64,000 bases of DNA from Marsupella aquatica (lineage: Eukaryota; Plantae; Marchantiophyta), in assembly GCA_973895155.1 (NCBI GenBank), contig OZ316896.1:14418684-14482683 (forward strand). Direction: 5' to 3'. This document shows positions 1 to 11,954 of the stretch, piece by piece; within the stretch, counting starts at the first letter, position 1, and every line of letters begins with the position of its first letter. The notes under the pieces are model-generated. The model was not told where the DNA came from, made no database searches, and saw only the letters and a list, made by a program, of their open reading frames with translations. Both the position numbers and the translations under genes were made by a program.

Positions 1-624
1 TCTTCATTGTTTGCACAAGAAACCAATTACTTTGGTAACTAAGTAACCCAAAGGACTAGGCCTGGCTTCCAAGACTAGCATCCTCACTCAAGCTCAACAA
101 CATTGGTAAGTAGGTCAGCAAATAGAACCTCCCGAGCCCGCATGGCCTTGCCATAAGCCAGAGCCAACACCCACTATTTGTCCCAAACAACCCCTCTTTG
201 GGTGCAGCCCATGCTCCCTCACATTCATATTTGTCACTAGCTGACCGTACTGGCCTCAGGACATGCTCATGGCCCCAATAGTGTAGCTTGTCCCCAAAGC
301 TTGTCCTAGAACGTCGAGACCAAATTTTCCCCAACTCTAGCAACCAACTCACGGTTCTCACTCAACTGGTAGCCTAGGGGCAAGTGCACTTGGAACTCCA
401 CCTCCATGTCTACTTGGCTTTTCCTCCCCAATGCAAGTTCCCATGGGAAATTGACCGCGGCTTGGCTCCTATTTTGGAAGGATTCGGGAAGCGGGTGAGA
501 TAGCCCCACAAACCCTGAGCATCCATGGCATCCCCAGACCCAGCTGATCTCAAGAGGATGTAGTCCTCCTCTAGAGCTTTCCAACGCATCGAAGAAGTCC
601 TGAAGGGTTACTTATCGAGATGCT

Positions 625-1695
625 TGGTTGCTTGTGCAGACATTGAGGAAAGTTGAGTAGGGGTCGTGTTGGAGAACAAGTGCGGCTTCGTATGGGAGGG
701 GCCTCTGGTGGTGCAAGGGGCACTAGGTTGCTTGCTCGAGGTATTCCGTGAAGGCATTCGGGCACCAGGAGCACTTAGGCGTGGGTGTTGGGATCGGTGA
801 GGGTGTTGGGTGGCAAGGTCCACCACTGTTAGTCTTGGGCTCAAGAGGAGCTCTCATTCAAGCCCTCAAAACTCAAAGTTTGTCCCGATGTCCGGACGGT
901 CCACCCTGAGCCCTGTCCTTTCCCGTGACCCGACTAGCCCAAAGCTAGTCTAAGTCCTTAGTGTGCGTCACCAGCTTAGCACCTTGTCCTTGATAGGGCC
1001 ACGCCTTGTTACCCACTAGTCTCTCCATACTTAGTCCCCACAGGATGACCGTTCTTGGGGCTTGGACCATAGAGGAGCTCAACGTCGGAGTCTGCAATGT
1101 TGGAGTCTACAACGTCAGAGCAAAGTGTTAAGGTAGTCGAGTTCCACGATTACCCCGAGGCTATCAGTTAAGCGAGAACAATGAGTTGGTTGCTAGAGTT
1201 GAGGTCATTCTGGTCCCGACGTTTTAGAACAAGCTAAGTTATTTGGGCCATGAACATGTGTTGGGGACAGGGCGGTCAGCCAATGACGAATAGGAAATGA
1301 GAAAGCATGGACTACACCCAAAGAGGGGCTATTTTGGACGATCAGGGGATGTCGGCTCTGGTTTCGGCTTCTGGTAAAGCCATGCAAGCCTGAGAGATTC
1401 TATTCGCTAACCTACTTACCAATGTCTGTGAAGTTTGAATTAGGATGCTAGTCTTAGAAAACCTAGATCTTTTGGGTTATTTATTAAGGTGTTTGGTTGC
1501 TTGTGTAGACAATAAACACCGTTGACCAAAGGTCGTGTTAGAAAACAAGTGCAACTTCGTATGAGAGTGGCCGTTGGAGGTGCACAAGGCACCAGGTTGC
1601 TTGTTTAAGGAGTTCAGTGGAAGCGTTAGGGCACCAAGAGCACTTAGACATGGATGCTAAGATTGGTGAAGACGTTGGATGGCAAGTTACATCAT
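625..1695. repeat. Diverged ~200-bp direct duplication (~625-825 and ~1495-1695), probably a decayed TE coding fragment
   Basis: The two segments align by eye (ggttgcttgtgYagaca...ggtcgtgttRgaRaacaagtgcRRcttcgtatg...gggcaccaRgagcacttagRcRtgg). The minus strand of both reads KCSWCPNA...C(P/L)(L/V)H with stops. Confidence 0.6.
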
Positions 1696-1860
1696 TTTTG
1701 CTTGACACCGAGCTAACAATATAAAAACCTAATTTTAGTGCGACATGGTACTCATAGGTGTTCTCAAAAGAAGCTTAGTTTCAGCAAGGTAAGATGAGCA
1801 ACAGATTATCCATATAACCTTGCACAGGTTTTGAGGAAACTGCATCATATGACTTCTCAG

Positions 1861-1991
1861 CACATCTTACAAACCTAGTGCCCTACCAAAACTAGTGAGG
1901 CCAAACACATTTTACAAACCTAGTGCCTTACCAAAACAAGTGAGGTCCAGCACATCTTACAAACCTAGTGTCTTACCAAAACTAGTGAGGC
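1861..1991. repeat. Tandem repeat, ~45-bp unit x3
   Basis: cacatYttacaaacctagtgYYYtaccaaaacWagtgagg occurs three times in a row. Confidence 0.85.
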
Positions 1992-2406
1992 TCATGTTGA
2001 ACCCTGTATAAACCCACTTAGAATGAAACCAAGACATATGCTGGACCTGCTGAACCCTGAATAATATGATAATATTGTGACACAGACAACAAAGTGACAC
2101 AAGATGAATGCCAATCCCTGCCTCAACACAAAGAGGAAACCATATCATATAGGGGCCCCAAAGGACAGGTGGTGAAACAAGCCACGACTTGGCAAAACAT
2201 GAAACCAACGGTGAAGAAAAGAGAGTTGCCACCAATCAATCGCATTGTGATCATAGCAAACCATCAAAGGACTAGAAATAGAAATGATGTGACCTACCAC
2301 CCCACCTATATATCTAAAATTGAACAAGTAGTGATGACACTAATAGCACTAGTCCATATCCAAACCAACCAACATAGTGGCAACAGCAGGCAACAGGTTT
2401 TAAGTC

Positions 2407-4620
2407 TCAATAGAAAACGTGGGGCATTATCGTCACACTAGCACGCCCACGGCCTGTGCTTGACATGCACAGGACTAAGCAAACACGACTAAGATGCTTG
2501 GCGTTCAGGATGGCAATTAACCAATTCGGATGCATCCATCTCACATACACTATGTCAAGCATCTGATGGACAGAGAGGTTTTGCCAACCCGTGGTCTGCG
2601 GAGCATCAATTTGCTGGGCAGCACTCACTCCATGACTCAGGTGAGCCTGTGTAACTAACCAAGCCCTAAATCTATCGTACGAAACCTGAGGAGTGGATCC
2701 TTGCTGCAAACCAGCTGGAACAGATGCCAGACCAAGTGCTGCATGAACAACATGATGATCTGTAACCTCCACCACAATTGCAGGGTAGTCCATCCAAAGC
2801 CCGGGGGCAATTTGTTGAATCAGCTCTAGTGTCTCGGTGGTGATAGACTCCCTAACGTTCTCCTCCCAAGTAAGACAAACTTTCTGCAGGAAAGGCACAC
2901 AACACACAGACAACACTTGTCAAGTCCCAAAACACAATTTATAAAAAAAAGCTTGATTAGAAAGTTCTCATTCTTTCAATCTCAATAAACCCAACTGTTA
3001 TTTTTCTCCATTTGAGTTGGAGATATAATTGAATAGATACTAACCTCATGTGTCATTTTGCGTTTCCTTCCTTTGACTCCTTTCATTGCCTGAATTCACT
3101 CACATTAGATATCTAACTAAATTTAGTTACGCTTGATTAAACCCTAATCTTAACTATAAATACATTCCTAACAAGATTAGGCTCCAATCTCTAGAAACAA
3201 CAATAAGATACCAAACATAAAAAGAAATGAACTGGAGAACAATAGTGTGTGTTAATCAATTTCTTTTTTGTGAACAATAGTGGGCACTAATTGACAACAA
3301 TCAGTGAGAAATGAATAGGCATTACCTCAGCACTTGTGGAAGAAACTGGTGAACAAGAACTGCTGATTTGTCCTCTGGCACAGTTGCCTTGCACCTGACA
3401 ATCATTATCTGTTCAACAACCACAAAAAACAAGCAAATGTCAGAAAAATATGGCAAGCTTTAACTTCTGAGCAGCTGGATAGCAAAATATCAAATGCCAC
3501 TTGAATGGAAAAGCCTTACTTCAAATGTTTAGTGGCAGCAGCAATAGCTTGTCCACACGGGCGCTTGCTTAAACTCCAATGCACCTGGCAAAGGTTGTTG
3601 ACCTTACACGAAGCTCCTACAGGTATACGGTACCACATAGCTCCACAGAGTTACTGAAATTACAGGGGCAGCAACAAACAATATTCAATTGACAAGAAGC
3701 AGAGAACTCGTGCACTTCACAGATTGAAAAACTGAGAAATCTTGGCATATATTAGTCATTCATTGAGAGAAATGTCAAGAAGTAGAATCATTACCCCCCC
3801 CCCCCCCCACAAAGACGTGCAACAGATGAAGACTACTGGAGCAACAACAAGAGCTGCATAGACCAACCAATCTCCGACACCGTCTATAAAGGGCATTGAG
3901 TCCACCTTCAAAAAGCTTGGCTCCTTCGATCAGATTCTGCCTAGGAGAAGCGTCTGTGATCTACACATTGAGCACAAATACTGCGTTAGGTATTCAGCAT
4001 AGCGCTCAGATCAGTGAATTTGTTCATACTAGCTTCTAACGGTCGCTGCTATACTTTGGGCCAGACCATGTTTACTTCACCCAAGCTATGAGCCGAGTTC
4101 AGAGACAGAGAAAGAGAAAGAGGCAGAAACATCTGAGATGATTTCTTTCCTGCATTGAACCCGGCATCCTAACCCTGAAGTCATAGTCCCATGGAGGGAA
4201 GAAAACCGACAGCAGAATCCCGGGGGTTGGAAAATGAGCCGTGCTAACAATGATGCAATAGTTGGACCCACACTGCCGCTTCTTTTTGAAGGATGCTAAA
4301 AGAATGACCAATTTTCCAAAGTTTTGATTTTGTAGTAGGTCCGTGTATTCTTCCTCACTCGTTCTCAAACATCAATTAACTTTTGAAGCAACAAGGCACC
4401 GAATAAAATGACACGTCCAGTTGATCCATCCATACCGTACCCTACATTGAACTGCTGAGGACGTGAGGGCCACGGAATCCATTGCAAAAATGCGATCGAT
4501 GGAAATTAGAAGCTCATTCATGGTAGGCACCCTTCCGCGCAGTGTAGGATGCGACGCGGAGATGAAGAGTTAAGTTGCAGCCACAAACAGACCTCGATAT
4601 CAGAGAAAGTACTCAAGCAC
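2407..4620 (-). pseudogene. Unidentified minus-strand exon-like fragments (orphan or TE-derived gene relic)
   Basis: A 169-aa ORF (2407..2916) has a good acceptor (ttcctgcag) near 2885. Several upstream segments are bounded by minus-strand GT donors (ttac on the + strand near 3322, 3516, 3792, 4621). No domain recognised, and the upstream pieces contain stops. Confidence 0.3.
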
Positions 4621-5815
4621 TTACCGGTTCAGTTCATTACTCTGCATCAGAAGGGCCCAGATTATATCATTGGGAACAGAACAGGAGTGACAGCATTTAA
4701 CGCCAGGGAAGGAAAAATTGTAACTGGTCTAATACATTCCACCCTTGTTTCTATAGACTTTGGACAATAGTTGGTTCCCGAAAACGTCCAACCACCCATG
4801 GAATCAATTTTTGTCTCGAAGTGTACATGCACATTTTTTCCACTTGATTATTATTCCGCCCCACGAAAGAAATTGCTTATCAACCCTAATACTTGAGAGG
4901 GATGTCACATGCGTGAATAAATTACCGCACTAAGCGATTGTCCGATCATGTTTCACATTCTACTCCCTCTGGCGCTTCTTGCTCTACGCAAGCAAGAGAT
5001 CGATTGAAAGGATTGCATCGGCCACCTAGTGGACCCACTTCCTCAAAGCCTCAAACTCTAGCACCCAATTCTGAGCCTGAAGCTTGTGGGACGAAACTAC
5101 TACCCTGTACCGACCGACGTGACGACCCTGGGCATGCTCTCCCACAAGATACACACCCTATAGCACACAGTGGACAAACGCGAGAAAGATCAGACAAAGA
5201 AATGCAGCAGGCCTCTTACTAGTTCATCGTGATACAAGGTGGAGCAAGAACGGCTTGTGCAGTGCAATTCGCTGTTCTACTCCCACCAGCTCGCAGATCA
5301 ATCCTGCACAAAGCAATTGCCTGATTGTCAGCTCTCGCACTGATATTGCCAAAGACTACTTTAGAGCATTCAAATGATAACCCAAACACAGAGCATCGTC
5401 TTCTTTCCTCCCGTCTTTCCTCCAGTGTCATCTTACTAGAAGAGCGGAAGAGCAGTGTCTACTTCTCTCCTCCCTCTATCTAAATGCGTCGTTCAGTGCA
5501 AGCTATAGCAGCCAGGACAAAGGAATAAATCAAACACAACCAGACACAATCCTCAACGCGATCAAGCAGCAAGCCAAAACTGATAGCAAATGCAAGCAAC
5601 ACTCACCAACAATGACGAGCTAGAATGCTTCACCTCAACCCGCCGTCCTTGATCAATAAACCTCGGAAAAAGTTGCAAAACCCTAAGGGTCGCTGCTTCC
5701 CGCAATGTCTCTTTGTGGAAACCTTCAAAAGACTCGACAAAACATCCAGAAAACTGAGTACTCACTCAGGGAAGGGAAATGCCGCGGCCAAATCACTCGC
5801 AAAGCACGATTCAGT

Positions 5816-6045
5816 GGATCTTTAAGTGCTCCCTATCATGGCTGATTGATTGTAGCTGGCAAGGTCTCTACAGCTAGAGCTAAATCAGTGGCAAGGGAGC
5901 ATTCAATGGATCTCTAATCCCTGCCGGTTATGGCTGATTGATTGTAGCTGGCAAGGTTTCTACCACTGCAGCAAAATCTCTGGCAAGGGAGTATGCCAAA
6001 GATCTCTAAGCCTGTCGTGGCTGATTGATTGTAGTTGGCACGGCT
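5816..6045. repeat. Tandem repeat, ~90-95-bp unit x~2.5
   Basis: gatctYtaa...tggctgattgattgtagYtggca recurs at about 5816, 5908 and 6001. Confidence 0.8.
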
Positions 6046-6359
6046 GTCACCCAAATGTAATCTTTTCACTGCTCTGTGAGCAAACACCATCTGTGGGTTT
6101 CAATAGGGCGTCTCAAAGCTGGTCTTTTCAGGTTGTTTTTTACAGCCAAAAGTTAGAGCCTAGGAGGTCCTCCCTGACTAGGAGGTTTTTTCCATAAAAT
6201 TCTCAGTCATACTTTATTGCCATCTAAGAAGTTGAGGACAGAAAAAAAGGGCCTGCCACATGCAAGTTGGCTCCCAGACTTCTCCTCAATTTTCCAGGAT
6301 TGCTTGAGAAGGTTTAGGCTCCGACTATCCTGCTTCTTAACCTGCATTGAATTATGCTA

Positions 6360-7089
6360 CCGTCTTCCTCCGAACACAACGCCCGGGCATTGTGTTCAAA
6401 AGTTGAATTTTTTTAGTCGTTGTAAGAAAAAGTAGTTTTAACTCGAACACAACGTCATTTTAACACAACGCCCGGGCGTTGTGTTCGAATATGGCGTTGT
6501 GTTCGAATGTGGCATTGTGTTTGAATATTCAGGGTTGTGTTTCAGTTTTTCCTAATCTTGACAGCATTGAGCACAAAAAGTGCAAATTCATGAATTACAA
6601 TCAAAGCATAAGAAAAGTAAACAAAAAGCTGTTAATAATCTTCACATCTTGACAACAATGCTAGGAGCAAAGTTTCCCATACATACTCAATTGAAATGGC
6701 ACTTGACAACTCTGCAAATAATTACATCCATGTGCAAACCCATAGAAATCAGAGAATAATTTTCTAAGCCATTATTTTATTTTGCTTCACCAAATTTGGC
6801 CAGGGCTGAAATGGTCTGAAAGCATTAGCCTTTCATTTCTGCTTATACCCTAAATTCTATGCCTATCATTTCTGCTTACATCCTAAATTCATCACAATGC
6901 CTAAATTTGAACACAACGTCACTCTTCAAATACAACGCCACAATTCAAACACAACGCCAGAGGGTAAAAAAATTCCAAAACATAGTGTCGAAACTCAAAC
7001 ACAACGCCCTGGGCGCACTATTCGAATATAACGTCCCATGGCCCACTATTCAAATATAGTGCTTGGGCATTGTGTTCGGGGGAAGACGG
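6360..7089. mobile_element. 730-bp non-autonomous DNA transposon (MITE), pogo/Tc1-mariner-like, copy 1
   Basis: Terminal inverted repeats CCGTCTTCCtCCGAACACAA / TTGTGTTCGGGGGAAGACGG, with TA on both sides in a C-TA-G context. Many subterminal AACACAAC/GTTGTGTT motifs. Near-identical copy at 11955..12684. No transposase ORF. Confidence 0.9.
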
Positions 7090-7194
7090 TAGTCCAAGTT
7101 TGAGAGTTTGGAGCCACTCAATCTAGAGCATAGCTGAGCTTAAGTATTAGCGAGTCTTAAGTATAGACTAGTTTCCCTCTTCCCAGGTAGAGGG

Positions 7195-7289
7195 CCACTG
7201 CCAATAACTTGACCTGCAGGTGAGTTTGACTGGTGCACAGACCACTGCCAATAACTTGGCCCGCGGGTGAGTTTGACTGGTGCACAGAG
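7195..7289. repeat. Tandem duplication, ~47-bp unit x2
   Basis: ccactgccaataacttgRccYgcRggtgagtttgactggtgcacaga occurs twice back to back. Confidence 0.85.
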
Positions 7290-7669
7290 TTTATATTTTT
7301 TTTGTCTCATAACAGCCAGGCCATGGTGGGGGGAAACTAATCATCAGGAATGGTCAAATCCCGCGACACAAGTGTGGAGGCTAAGCTCAAAGAGTGCTAC
7401 ACATTTTTTGGCCACATCCCTCGAAACATAAACCCGGACCGCCAGGAGACTGCCTCTGGACTATGTTTGAGATCCCCTCTTGGGTAAATCACTGGGAGTG
7501 CATTTACTCCCAATCCCACTCCCGCTCTCAAAGTCTGGGAATAGATTCTTATTTTTACTACTCTTAGTTAGAAGTAGAGGATAATCTTCATGATGAGTTG
7601 ATCCAAATCTTTACAATGCACTCTTTTCCAATAATGCTCTGAAAATTACAAAGTGAAGAATCACAAAGG

Positions 7670-7779
7670 TGTTAGACTCTACCTTAACCGGACGACCGGA
7701 CCAGATGGTCACCCTGGTCCCACTATATGTAATTCTATTCCCGACTATACACATGATCATTCTGACTCAAACTCCAACA
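7670..7779 (+). repeat. 5' LTR (110 bp) of the copia element
   Basis: Starts TG, ends CA, has imperfect inverted ends TGTTAGA/TCCAACA and is followed directly by the PBS. No partner LTR seen in the window. Confidence 0.65.
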
Positions 7780-7793
7780 CGTTATCAGCACGA
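7780..7793 (+). promoter_or_regulatory. Primer-binding site complementary to the anticodon arm of tRNA-Ile(IAU) (half-tRNA priming)
   Basis: CGTTATCAGCACGA is the reverse complement of UCGUGCU-I-AUAACG from plant cytosolic tRNA-Ile (sequence recalled), with C opposite inosine-34. It abuts the terminal CA of the LTR. Confidence 0.75.
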
Positions 7794-9355
7794 AAGCTTA
7801 ACGAGCGGAGACGAGCGGAGAGCAGAACAGAGGATCGAGAATGATAAGAAACTTTTGAAGGGTTATGGAGATTGCATGAAAAAGGGGACTCATTAACTAA
7901 TGATAAGGCTTCGACCCAGCCTCGGAACGATTGTCAATGGCGAAGTGTGAGACTAGAATCCATAAGGACACCGATCCGGACTCATTGGAGAAGAATCGAG
8001 AGAGAAGAAAAGAGATCGGACAGAAGCGAAGAAACTTTGGAAAGCCTACAGAGATTGGAGCGATCGATTGAAGGTCGAAGGTCGAGGCGAAATCGGACTA
8101 GGAGCACAGCACATATAAGACCCGCGATAGTTTTTATTACGGAAGGAAGGATCGAAGCAGGCTAAGAAACATTCGCAGGACTATGGCGAGGAGACTGCCA
8201 CTTCGAGAAGAAGCGGAAAGGAGAAGGAAGAAAATAAACTCATAAGGACCAAACCTGATTGCCAAACACAGAATGAAACAGGCGGCATCGAAATTTCACA
8301 GAAATGCCATAGGGACATTGCGGAGGACGAAATAGAAGCCAAGATATCCGTGAGGGACAGCCGGGTCGTGAGGGACCCAGGATTCAGGATCTCAGGGAGG
8401 CGCACCAGCGAAGAGCGAGAGTGCAATCGAACCTGAACCCACTGACTATCAATAGCGCAGACGGAGATTCGAAAAACGAAAAGAAACCCAAACAGTAATG
8501 AATTGAAGCAGTGCAAATCGAAGCTCACTAAGGAAAACGATACCGATCTGGTTACCTCTAATTGTTGAAGACTAATCGAAGGCGCAGAGGCGAAGAAACG
8601 TTCGAAAGCTTACGACGATTAGAGGAGATAAGGCACAATGAACAATTACAAGGCTTAAATCGCGAAGCAGCATTCGAGAGCAATCGAGCCAAGGGCCGCT
8701 AGCAGGGAGGAATCGAAGATTGGCGCAGCACGAAAAGCCACAGCCTCATCAAAGCCGCCAGCAACCAGAGATCGAAGCATCGGCATCCCCTCAAGGAAAA
8801 ACGATAAGGACAGATAGGCAAGCCCAAAGAACAAAAACGGATCAAGACGGCAGGAGGATGAATTGAACGAGCCAAGGACAAAAGGGGGCCACCACGAGGG
8901 AGGATCGCGCAACATTCCATCACAAAATGTCGAGCCCGATCGAAACCTGCTAAGTGCCCGCTCAATAACCGCCCCTAACTGCAAAACCCTTGTTAATTGC
9001 ACAATCCGTCAAAGAGATTTCAGTTACACAGCATAATGTGCACTTAACCAAGGCACGAGTAAATTACCACCCATAACTGCACAAACTGCAAAACTTCATT
9101 ACTGCACAGTTTAACAAAGGAAGGAGTTAATACAAAGGAAACCTTGCAGTTATACATTTACAAAGAAAACCAACTTAATAAGTGCAAACCCTAAATTCTG
9201 CAAAAACCCAAACATTCATGCTTTACTCGCCAATGACCTAGATAGCTCTCCTCAACCCTTTCTCCACCATTGCATGCGGCAAATGTGCATTGTCTTTTGA
9301 CTATATATATATTATATAAACACGCACATCACCGCCGCACGCCAGGACCCTAGAG

Positions 9356-11431
9356 ATGACCAACCTTGAGAAACTTACCTTCCCCGCCCTAGAAATAGAC
9401 GGCGGCAATTATCTAGAATGGTCCATGAACCTAAAAGAAAATCTAACTTTGCTAACCCTACTCCCTGCTATAGGGCTCGCTCAACCTATCCTTGCCGGCG
9501 AACCCCAACCAGATCCATTAACTAAAGCCAACGAATCGAAAGCCCTAGTATTCCTGAGACGTCACATCCATAGATTCCTCCAGAGACAATACATGCACCT
9601 TTCGACCCCTCGGGAACTATGGACAGCCCTACAGACCCGATTCGACCACCAGAAACTGGTCGAATTACCTAGAGCCAGACAAGACTGGCTCAACCTGCGG
9701 GTCCAGGACTTTACCTCAATTTCAGCCTACAATAGCGAACTATTTAGAATCACAGCAACCCTCGCCCTTTGCGGCGAGCCAGTTGCCGACAAGGACTTAC
9801 TAGAGAAGACCATGTCGACGTTTCATTCATCGAATGTGTTACTATCAACACAGTACCGAAACATGAAGTTTGGGCAATACTCCGAGCTCATAGCCCACCT
9901 CCTAGTCACCGAAAGAAACCAAGAGCTTCTTTTAGTAAACTCTAGAAAACGCCCTACGGGCACACTGCCCCTAGGACAACAGAATGAAACCCATAACATA
10001 GAAAATACTGAACCCTCCACATCGAGGCAAGGCATTAAACGCACCAAGAATAGCAACCGAAGAAACACCCACAATAGGGGGAGTTTCTATAACCAACGTC
10101 CACAAAATAACTCCCAACGAACCTTTTGAGGACGTGGAGGACGTGGTGGACGAGAAGAACGTGGAGGACGAGGAGGACGAGGAGGACGTGGCGGACATGG
10201 CGGACGCGGAGGACGCGGCGGTGGTAGAACATATAACAACAATCGCCGAAATGATTGGTCACAATCCCGACAACAACGAGAACGCCCAAAATGCCATGCA
10301 TGTGGCATGACAAACCACCTAGCCAGAAACTGTAGAATCCCGCAACACCTTAAAGAACTATATCAACGGTCCCTCCAGGATGGACAAACCTCAAGGGCAC
10401 CACCCCGTGAAACTCACGGGGCGTTTATGGAGTCTAGTGACCCATTCCAAGACTTTTCAGACCTACCCGCCCAACCCGAGGCACACTTAGTGGCAAGTAG
10501 CTCCACAACACCAGATTTAAATAGCCCAAGCACATGTATTATCGACAGTGCGACCACGCATACTATCCTCCGGGATAGGCACCTTTTCCACAAGATTACA
10601 CCCTCACGTAGGTCCCTAACCACTATCAATGGCCCTAGCCAAATAGAAGAGGGCTTCGGCCCAGCTTCCATTAGACTCCCGCAGGGCACAGCAATCCACA
10701 TAGAATCTGCCATTTTCGCCCCAAACGCAACCCGTAATCTCCTCAGTTTTAGAGATATACGAGCGAACGGACTACATGTCCAGACGGGCGATACCAGAGA
10801 TCAGGAAGTGATACACTTGGTTGAAAATACCCCTACGGGAAGAATTATTAAAAAAAACCTTTTCTCATACCCCTGCGGGTTTTATGTAACTCATATTGAA
10901 TGCCTACATAACAATGCTCAAACAAGTGAATTTCTCGCGCTTTGGCATGCACGCCTCGGCCACCCCGGCCAATCAATGCTAAGCAAAATAATTAAGAATT
11001 CAAGTGGCATTCCAATCAATACACGCCACATTCCAGCTAGCACCCCATGCACTGCATGCTCACGCGGCAAATTAATAACAAGGCCCACGGCATCAAAATT
11101 GCCAACCAACATACCCAAATTCTTGGAAATAATCCACACCGATGTTTGCGGGCCAATTAACCCACCGAGCGGACCCTTCCGCTATTTTACAGTATTAATC
11201 GACGCATCAACTAAATGGTCAAATGTGACACTACTTTCAACGAGGAACATGGTTATGCCTCGCATCTTGGCGCAAATCCTGCGCATGAAGGCACAATTCC
11301 CAGATCACCCCATAAAGACACTAAGGGTGGACAATGCAGGGGAATTCACATCTGAAACATTTGACGACTTTTGTACATCACTTGGCATCGACGTACAATA
11401 CCCTGTACCCCACGTGCACTTCCACTTTTAG
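9356..11431 (+). pseudogene. Copia gag-protease-integrase polyprotein with one in-frame TGA (10127..10129), truncated in the integrase
   Basis: ORFs 9356..10129 and 10307..11431 share a frame. The gap reads GRGGRGGREERGGRGGRGGRGGHGGRGGRGGGR...KCHACGMTNHLARNC (RGG box plus CCHC knuckle) with no further stop. Confidence 0.9.
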
Positions 11432-11954
11432 AGATATAAACAGCAGGGCTTTCATTTTGGACATTTCCCTATAGAAAAACACTAACCCACAGCTGCCCCT
11501 TCAAGAGCTACAGGTTACCCAAAGGATCCAAATAGATCCAATTTCATTATAGGAGTAGATTTGTCCTGAATTGTGGAACAGACTGGCACCTTAGAGGATA
11601 GAAGTGAATGGTACTTGGAAAAAGGGAGAAGTCTTGGACGATTCCCCATTATATGGTTTAAGTTACTCTGATCCTTGCCAAATTTTCATAATTAGTGTCC
11701 AGTCAAAGCCTAGTGTTGTACCAAGAATGCCTTCTTAGCTCCTTGCTGGTGTGTCTCCAGAGATGCAGAGTATCCATTTGAGACAAAAATTAAAGCTCAC
11801 CTTTTAAGGTCATATTCACTCCCACCTTAATCAAACACACAAGAATTTGTTTTAAATAAGCTTCACAAATATATCTCATTGTCTTCTATTTTCTAGTGCT
11901 GGGTTTTCTAAAATTGTGTTCCATGTCTTCCTTTTGTAAAATTTTCGTCAACTA

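Larger units (their letters stand above)
7670..11431 (+). mobile_element. 3'-truncated Ty1/copia LTR retrotransposon, Bianca-like
   Basis: 5' LTR 7670..7779 (TGTTAGA...TCCAACA), PBS 7780..7793, gag from 9356, CCHC knuckle, protease CIIDSATTHTIL, integrase zinc-finger region (WHARLGHP...CTAC) and integrase core (IHTDVCGP, RVDNAGEF) that breaks off at VPHVH. No RT, RNase H or 3' LTR. Protease followed directly by integrase is the copia order. The Bianca call rests on recalled motif similarity. Confidence 0.9.

Noticed and set aside
6859-7059. 66-aa ORF repeated at 12454..12654 as a duplicated gene
   Set aside because: It lies within the MITE subterminal repeats, has no transposase or other motif, and is duplicated only because the MITE is.
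10087-10308. Pro/Arg-rich minus-strand ORF (PPRPPRPP)
   Set aside because: It is the antisense shadow of the Gag RGG tract.
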